64,000 bases of DNA from the NCBI GenBank assembly GCA_963730185.1, contig CAVSQW010000005.1, forward strand, positions 64,001-128,000, in the 5' to 3' direction. The notes under the pieces were generated by a model. It was not told the DNA's origin. It did not search any database and saw only the letters and a list, made by a program, of their open reading frames with translations. This DNA comes from an uncultured Gemmatimonadales bacterium (GTDB taxonomy: Bacteria > Gemmatimonadota > Gemmatimonadetes > Gemmatimonadales > GWC2-71-9). This document shows, in pieces, positions 58,590-64,000 of this stretch; the first letter of the stretch is position 1, and each line of letters begins with the position of its first letter. The translations under genes were made by a program, and so were the position numbers.

Positions 58590-61500
58590 AGGCCGGGAGG
58601 TCCACGGTCATCACCGCGGCATAGGCTGCCTTGGCCCGGGCCAGGTCCTTCTCCAGGCCGGCCAGCACCGCCAGCGACGCCTCGGTCGGGCGGAACTCGG
58701 CGCCGCCGGCCACGTCGCCCGCGCCGGTGCCCACCTCGCCCGAGAGCCACACCAGGTTCATGTACACCTGGTATTGCTCGACGTAGTACTTGTCGTCGCT
58801 CTGGAGATCGCTCTCCGAGAGCAGGCGGAGCTCCACCGCGAGCATCTTGGCGTCGAGCGCCCGGAGCGCGGCGGCGCCGGCCCCATCGGGGCGGGCCAAC
58901 CGGTCTTCGACCTGGCGCCTGAGCGTCTCCAGCCGGTTCACCATCGCGACCGTGGTGTCCATGTCGTCGCGAATCCGGACCTGCGTCCGGGTCGAGGCCG
59001 CCAGGTCGGCCGCGCTGGTTCCCAGGTCGGGATCCTCGAGCACCTGGAACGGCTGGCTGGAGCTCGCGCTGTCGGCGGTGATCCGGACGGTGTAGCGCCC
59101 CGGCGACGCCAGCGGCCCCACCCGCTCCGGGCCTTCGATTCCCCAGTGGAGCACCGGCCGGAACTTCTTGTCCTTGAAGCGCGGCTCGCTCCAGATCCCG
59201 GGGTTGTTGGGTGGTGTGGTCCGGAGCTCGATCTGCTTCGGGCCGTCGTACCGGAGATCCCAGGTGTAGCGGTTCATCCCCGCCCGGGACCGGGCCTTCG
59301 CGGTCCGGATCACGGCCCCGGCCGAGTCGAGCACCTCGACCCGGACGGAGTCCTTTGGGGTCCGGCCGAGCAGGAAGGTGAAGTCGGCGCTCCCGTCGCG
59401 GGCCATCCGGAAGCCGGCCCTGGGCGCGAGGATCTGGAGCGGGGCGCCCGCCGTGACCTGGTCCGACCGCTCCAGCGGGGTAATGTCCCGGAGCACGAAC
59501 AGTCCCCGGCCGTAGGTCGACACCACCACGTCGTGCTGCGGCTTGGATACCACGATCCAGGAGACCGGCGCGGCCGGTAACCCGGCCCGGAACCGGGTCC
59601 AGGTGGTGCCGTCGTCGAGCGAATAGTAGAACCCGTTGCCGGTCCCCGCGAAGAGCATCCCCCGGCGGTTCGGATTCTCGGCGATCGACATGACGTAGGC
59701 GAGGGGGTGATCGCGGGGAAGCCCGTCGCTGATCCGGGTCCAGGTCTTTCCGTAGTCCGCCGTCTTGTAGACGTAGGGCTGGCGGTCGTCCATCAGGTGC
59801 AGGTCGATCGCGGCGTAGGCCACCGCCGGGTCGAAGCGCGACGGCGAGATCTGCCGGACGATCCCCCAGGCGGGGAGACCGGGAAGGTCCGCGGTCACGT
59901 CGACCCAGCGACCGCCGCCGTTCGGGGTGTACCAGACCTTGCCGTCGTTGGTTCCCGCCCAGATCAGGCCTCGCCGGACCGGCGACGGCGCGATCGCGAA
60001 CACCACCTCGCCGTAGAACTGGCCGAGATTGTCGCCCACCACCCCGCCAGAGGAGACGATCCGGGCGGAATCGCGGGTCGAGAGGTCGGGGCTGATCACC
60101 GACCAGCTCTGGCCGGCGTTGGTCGTCTTGAAGATCACCTGACAGCCGTAGTAGACCGTGTTGGGATCGAAGGGATCGATCGCCAGGGGCGGGGTCCAGT
60201 GGCAGCGGTACTGGAGCTGGTCGGGCGGGGAGTCGAGGGTGTGGATCCAGGGGCTCACCGAGCGAGCCCGATCGGTCCGGGCGTCGTAGCGGGTGACGGT
60301 GTTGCCGTAGCAGGACGCCCAGATCACGTCGGGGTTGTGGGGAGTCGGGAGCGTGAAGCCGGATTCGCACCCGCCCAGCGGCCCCTCCCACTCCGAAGCG
60401 GCGGCGCGGCGCCCGCCGAAGACGAAACCGGCCCGCCGCCGGGCGCCCGCCTCGTCCTGACGGGCGGTGTCGGGAGCGGCGCCGAGCCGAAAGCCGGGAC
60501 CGCCGCCGCCGGCCCGGGCAAGCCCTGGCACCGCCGGGACCGGCACCGGCCGGTTGCTGGGGCCGCGCATGGTGCCGTCGTCCTGACGGTTGCTGTAGAT
60601 CCAGTAGGGCACCCGGTCGTCGACGGCCACGTGGTACATCTGACCGATCGGGAGCACCACCTGGTGGAAGCTGTGACCGTGGTCGCGGGTGATCCCGGCC
60701 CCGCCGTCGCCGGTCGCTACCCAGTGCGAGGGGTTCTCCGGATCCATCCAGATGTCGTGGCAGTCTCCGCAGCCGCCGCCGCTGACGGGGAAGGTCTCCC
60801 CGCCGTCGAACGACCGATGAAAGCTGCTGTTGGCGACCAGCACCTCGAGGTCGTTCTGGGGATTGACCTCGACCCGGATGTAGTAGCCGGCCCGCCCGAT
60901 CAGGGTCCGGTCCCAGCTGACCCGCTTCCACTTGGAGCCCCCGTCGTCCGAGCGCCAGAGCGACCCCTGGTCGGCGGTCTGGATCAGGGCGTAGACCCGC
61001 TTGGAGTTGGAGGGCGCCACGGCGACGTCGATCTTGCCTAACGGCGACTTGGGGAGCCCCGGATCGGCGATCCGGGCCCAGGTCGAGCCGGTGTCGCGGG
61101 AGACGTAGAGCCCGCTCCCGGGGCCGCCGCCGAACATGGCCCAGGTGTGCATCACCACCTGCCAGGTCCCGGCGAAGAGCACCTCGGGGTGGGTGGCGTC
61201 GATCGCGAGCCCCGAGCAGCCGGTGCCGGGATCGACGAACAGGACCTGCTTCCAGGTCTTGCCGCCGTCGGTGGTCTTGAAGATGCCGCGCTCCTGCTCG
61301 GGTCCGGTCACCCGGCCCAGGGCGCAGACCAGCACGATGTCGGGGTTCTTGGGGTGGACCACGATCCGGCCGATCCGTCCGGTCTCGGGGAGCCCCATGT
61401 TCTTCCAGGTCCGGCCGCCGTCGGTCGACTTGTAGATCCCGTCGCCCATGACGTCGGCGTCGCGGATGGCCCAGGCTTCCCCGGTGCCGGCCCACACGAT

Positions 61501-61851
61501 CCGGGGGTTCGACGGGGCTACGGCGAGGGCGCCGATCGCCTGGACCGGCTGGTCATCGAAGACCGGGGCGAAGGTGCGGGCGCCGTCGGTGGTCTTCCAG
61601 ACGCCGCCCGAGGCCGCGCCGAAGTAGTAGGTGCTGGTGTCGCCGGGGACGCCGGCCACCGCGGAGATCCGGCCGGCGGGCTCGGGGCCGACCCACTGGA
61701 AGCGGAGCGGGGCGGCCGCAGTGGTGGGCGGACCGCCCGGGCGGCGCTGGGCCGAGACGACCAGCGGGGTGGCACCGAGGAGGCACAGGGCCCACACGAA
61801 GCCTCGGCCCGACTGCCACAGGGCGGGCGACGGCGAACCGGGACGCGACAT
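58549..61851 (-). CDS. Exported VPS10/sortilin-like BNR-repeat glycosyl hydrolase-like protein
   Basis: GPEPAGRISAVAG, GGVWKTTDG, many SxDGGxTW Asp-boxes, WDLRY, PGRYTVR, helical C-terminus. Confidence 0.88.
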   Translation of the reverse strand: MSRPGSPSPALWQSGRGFVWALCLLGATPLVVSAQRRPGGPPTTAAAPLRFQWVGPEPAGRISAVAGVPGDTSTYYFGAASGGVWKTTDGARTFAPVFDDQPVQAIGALAVAPSNPRIVWAGTGEAWAIRDADVMGDGIYKSTDGGRTWKNMGLPETGRIGRIVVHPKNPDIVLVCALGRVTGPEQERGIFKTTDGGKTWKQVLFVDPGTGCSGLAIDATHPEVLFAGTWQVVMHTWAMFGGGPGSGLYVSRDTGSTWARIADPGLPKSPLGKIDVAVAPSNSKRVYALIQTADQGSLWRSDDGGSKWKRVSWDRTLIGRAGYYIRVEVNPQNDLEVLVANSSFHRSFDGGETFPVSGGGCGDCHDIWMDPENPSHWVATGDGGAGITRDHGHSFHQVVLPIGQMYHVAVDDRVPYWIYSNRQDDGTMRGPSNRPVPVPAVPGLARAGGGGPGFRLGAAPDTARQDEAGARRRAGFVFGGRRAAASEWEGPLGGCESGFTLPTPHNPDVIWASCYGNTVTRYDARTDRARSVSPWIHTLDSPPDQLQYRCHWTPPLAIDPFDPNTVYYGCQVIFKTTNAGQSWSVISPDLSTRDSARIVSSGGVVGDNLGQFYGEVVFAIAPSPVRRGLIWAGTNDGKVWYTPNGGGRWVDVTADLPGLPAWGIVRQISPSRFDPAVAYAAIDLHLMDDRQPYVYKTADYGKTWTRISDGLPRDHPLAYVMSIAENPNRRGMLFAGTGNGFYYSLDDGTTWTRFRAGLPAAPVSWIVVSKPQHDVVVSTYGRGLFVLRDITPLERSDQVTAGAPLQILAPRAGFRMARDGSADFTFLLGRTPKDSVRVEVLDSAGAVIRTAKARSRAGMNRYTWDLRYDGPKQIELRTTPPNNPGIWSEPRFKDKKFRPVLHWGIEGPERVGPLASPGRYTVRITADSASSSQPFQVLEDPDLGTSAADLAASTRTQVRIRDDMDTTVAMVNRLETLRRQVEDRLARPDGAGAAALRALDAKMLAVELRLLSESDLQSDDKYYVEQYQVYMNLVWLSGEVGTGAGDVAGGAEFRPTEASLAVLAGLEKDLARAKAAYAAVMTVDLPAFNQTEAGKAAPIG

Positions 61852-62005
61852 GGGAGGGCTCCGGATGGTTGGAGGCTGGAGAGGGGAAGGTCGTGTCGGG
61901 GGCCAGGGGGCGCAAGCCGGAGGAATGGGGCGAACGGGGGCGGCAGCGGACCGGCGGCGACCGCCGGGCGGCTGCCCCGAGGATCGGTTAGGCAACCGAG
62001 GGTGG

Positions 62006-62030
62006 AATTGTGATTTTCGAAGTCACAATT
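62006..62030. promoter_or_regulatory. AT-rich palindrome (operator or hairpin)
   Basis: AATTGTGATTT-TCG-AAGTCACAATT, 11-bp arms with 1 mismatch. Confidence 0.55.
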
Positions 62031-62066
62031 TGGGCGGGGGAGACTGGGCCGCATCCCCGGCGACCG

Positions 62067-62801
62067 TCAGCAGCGATGGCGCCGATGATCCTGGGGCCGA
62101 CAGGCGAACCCACCCAGGCGCCAGAGACCCCGCGACTCCGCTTGGGCTCGCACCTCCGCCAGCCGGAACTGCGCGACATACCGGAGGTTCGGAGGGAACT
62201 CGAGGCCGACGGCCCATCCGCGTCGCACCATCTCCCAGTTGACCATCGCGCCGTCGAACCAGACGTAGGCGAGGAGCCGGTGATAGACATCACGTTGCTC
62301 TTGGTCCAGCTCGAGCCAAACCGAGGCGCCGGCCGGAAGGAGTGACGCGAGCGCCGCGGTCGCCGCGCCCCCGAACGGCGGCTGGTCGTCTTCCGGGCTG
62401 TCCATCCCAATCAGGCGGACTCGGCCCCGGTTCTCGCACTCGAGCGTGTCGCCATCGACGAGGCGACTGATCGTGCACGACTGGAGAGAGGTCGAGTCGG
62501 GCATCGGCGGCCCGGCATCGGTACCTGGCGCGCCCACCGGCCCGGCTGACAGGAGCGAACGCGGCCCCTCGGACGGCGCGATCAGACCGCAGCTCCGGCC
62601 CCCCGCGGGTCGGAAGCCCCGCTCTCGGGCGTCGGATTCCCTCAGGTACTCGCCCCGCTTGGTCTTCCCGTAGTACTTGGTCCCGGGACAGTGATAGACG
62701 TGGGAGCTGAGGTTGACCCAGACCGACGCGGGCGACGACGCCTGCGCGGCGAGACGGGGGGCGAGCCCGGCAATGATCAGCAGGACGAGCAGCAGGCGCA
62801 T
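62067..62801 (-). CDS. Exported thermonuclease (SNase family) with N-terminal small metal/DNA-binding-like domain
   Basis: VDGDT, VRLIGMDSPE, DVYHRLLAYV, VNWEMVRRGWA, RGLW; N-terminal VWVN..S.VYHC..YYGKT. Confidence 0.9.
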   Translation of the reverse strand: MRLLLVLLIIAGLAPRLAAQASSPASVWVNLSSHVYHCPGTKYYGKTKRGEYLRESDARERGFRPAGGRSCGLIAPSEGPRSLLSAGPVGAPGTDAGPPMPDSTSLQSCTISRLVDGDTLECENRGRVRLIGMDSPEDDQPPFGGAATAALASLLPAGASVWLELDQEQRDVYHRLLAYVWFDGAMVNWEMVRRGWAVGLEFPPNLRYVAQFRLAEVRAQAESRGLWRLGGFACRPQDHRRHRC

Positions 62802-62970
62802 GGACGCGGCCTTTGAGGTTCAGGGCAACATAGCGCGGGTCCCGGCTCGAGGGGCGGGCGACCCGGTGCAGGCCCTCCGGGGTCGCCAGGGAGGGGCCGG
62901 AACTCCCCGCTCCAACGTTCCGTAGGGCCGGTGCGTCCATTCCTGGAACCCCGAAGCGCCGAGGATCGTG

Positions 62971-63882
62971 ATGAACCGTCTGCTCGCCCTGATGGGCCTC
63001 CTGGCCCTGATCGCCGCCCCAGCCCCCGCCTTGGCTCAGGCGGTCGTGGGCCGGCACGATGCCACCTTCACCATCAGCGAGGTCGTCTCCCGGGGCGGCT
63101 GGGTCCGGATCGCCTCGTTCAACGGCCCGATCGACATCGCCCCCACCCGCGGCAATCAGGTCGAAATCAGGGCCACCAAGACCATGCGCCGCGGGTCGGT
63201 GGAGGACATCGGCTTCGTGGTTCGGCGCGAGGACGGCGGCGTGACCGTATGCGCGGTGTACGACGACGCCGACGAGTGTGATCGCGACGGCCATTATCGG
63301 GGCCACTGGGATCGCGGGAATCGGGGGCCGCAGGGCCGGGTGGAGTTCGTGGTTCGGGTGCCGGACGGCGTCCGGATCCGGGCCGCGACCGGCAACGGGG
63401 ACCTTCGAATCGGCGGGACCAGTGAAGAGGTGGCGGCCTCGACCGGGAACGGACGGATCGATATCTCCGGCTCGACCGGTGAAGTCACCGCCTCAACCGG
63501 CAACGGCCGGCTCACGATCGCGGACGCGCACGGCCGGGTCGAAGCGTCGAGTGGAAGCGGCGACGTCCGGGTCGTGACCTCGGAGGGGCCGGTCTCGGCC
63601 CACACCGGCAACGGCGACATCGAGGTGTCGATGGCGCGGTTGGACGGGTCGCCGGACATGCAGTTCGCCACCGGGAACGGCCGCGTCACACTGGAGCTGC
63701 CCGAGGGATACTCGGCCGACCTCGACGCCACCACCGGGAACGGCGATGTCACGAGCGACTTCTCGATCCGGACCCGCGGCCGCCTCGAGCACTCCCGGCT
63801 TCGGGGAACCATCGGGAACGGTGGTGGCCGGTTATCGATCAGCTCCGGGAACGGCGACGTGGAGATTCGGCGCCGGCCTTGA
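62971..63882 (+). CDS. DUF4097 beta-strand-repeat (putative adhesin) protein
   Basis: Signal peptide; repeated ASTGNG-x-(I/L/V) units. Confidence 0.88.
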   Translation: MNRLLALMGLLALIAAPAPALAQAVVGRHDATFTISEVVSRGGWVRIASFNGPIDIAPTRGNQVEIRATKTMRRGSVEDIGFVVRREDGGVTVCAVYDDADECDRDGHYRGHWDRGNRGPQGRVEFVVRVPDGVRIRAATGNGDLRIGGTSEEVAASTGNGRIDISGSTGEVTASTGNGRLTIADAHGRVEASSGSGDVRVVTSEGPVSAHTGNGDIEVSMARLDGSPDMQFATGNGRVTLELPEGYSADLDATTGNGDVTSDFSIRTRGRLEHSRLRGTIGNGGGRLSISSGNGDVEIRRRP

Positions 63883-63933
63883 GGCGCCCGAGTCCGTCCG
63901 GGCGGTCGAGGCCGCCCGGCCGGTCGGGGTCGA

Positions 63934-64000
63934 TCAGAACGGGCAGAGCTGCTGCGCCGACCCGCCCGCATTGGTGTAGACGTAGTACAGGAACCCGCCG
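63934..64000 (-). CDS. C-terminal end of a gene entering from outside the window
   Basis: GGFLYYVYTNAGGSAQQLCPF-stop with GC3-rich codons; too short to identify. Confidence 0.4.
   Translation of the reverse strand, partial: GGFLYYVYTNAGGSAQQLCPF

Noticed and set aside
62008..62028. CRP/FNR or Rex site
   Set aside because: TGTGA and TCACA are separated by 9 nt rather than the 6 nt of CRP and Rex sites.
62067..62801. Thermonuclease as an anti-phage defence or toxin system
   Set aside because: A single exported SNase with no immunity or defence partner genes nearby.
63380..63860. Recurrent ACCGGCAACGG-like motifs
   Set aside because: They encode the TGNG repeats of the DUF4097 protein.

Overview
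High-GC (roughly 70%) bacterial chromosome segment. The gene repertoire points to Gemmatimonadota (inference): an Oar-like TonB-dependent receptor, many exported peptidases and BNR proteins, signal-peptide DinB proteins and a kinase-TolB-type remnant. I resolve about 50 protein-coding loci and find no rRNA, tRNA, CRISPR array or mobile element. Housekeeping genes include ada, tag, a thiolase with a FadB/FadJ-type partner, hrpB with a THUMP methyltransferase, panG-like plus panC, a PilT-family ATPase and a ProX-like editing protein. The best candidate for a new system is 26.5-36.6 kb: two divergently transcribed exported GH172 (DUF2961) glycosidases, a FucI-family isomerase, a monosaccharide ABC importer and a ribulokinase. 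Together these fit a D-arabinofuranoside (D-arabinan) to D-ribulose-5-P route. Other notable points are a protease cluster around a TonB receptor with a C-terminal Spy/CpxP-like extension, and enrichment of Bacteroidota-type D-(S/T)-x O-glycosylation sequons in exported proteins. There are also two deletion-scarred genes, a 4.6-kb burst of single-base frameshifts that is probably consensus error, and several candidate operators, promoters and short-period repeats. All family calls come from motif recognition by eye; no database search was run.
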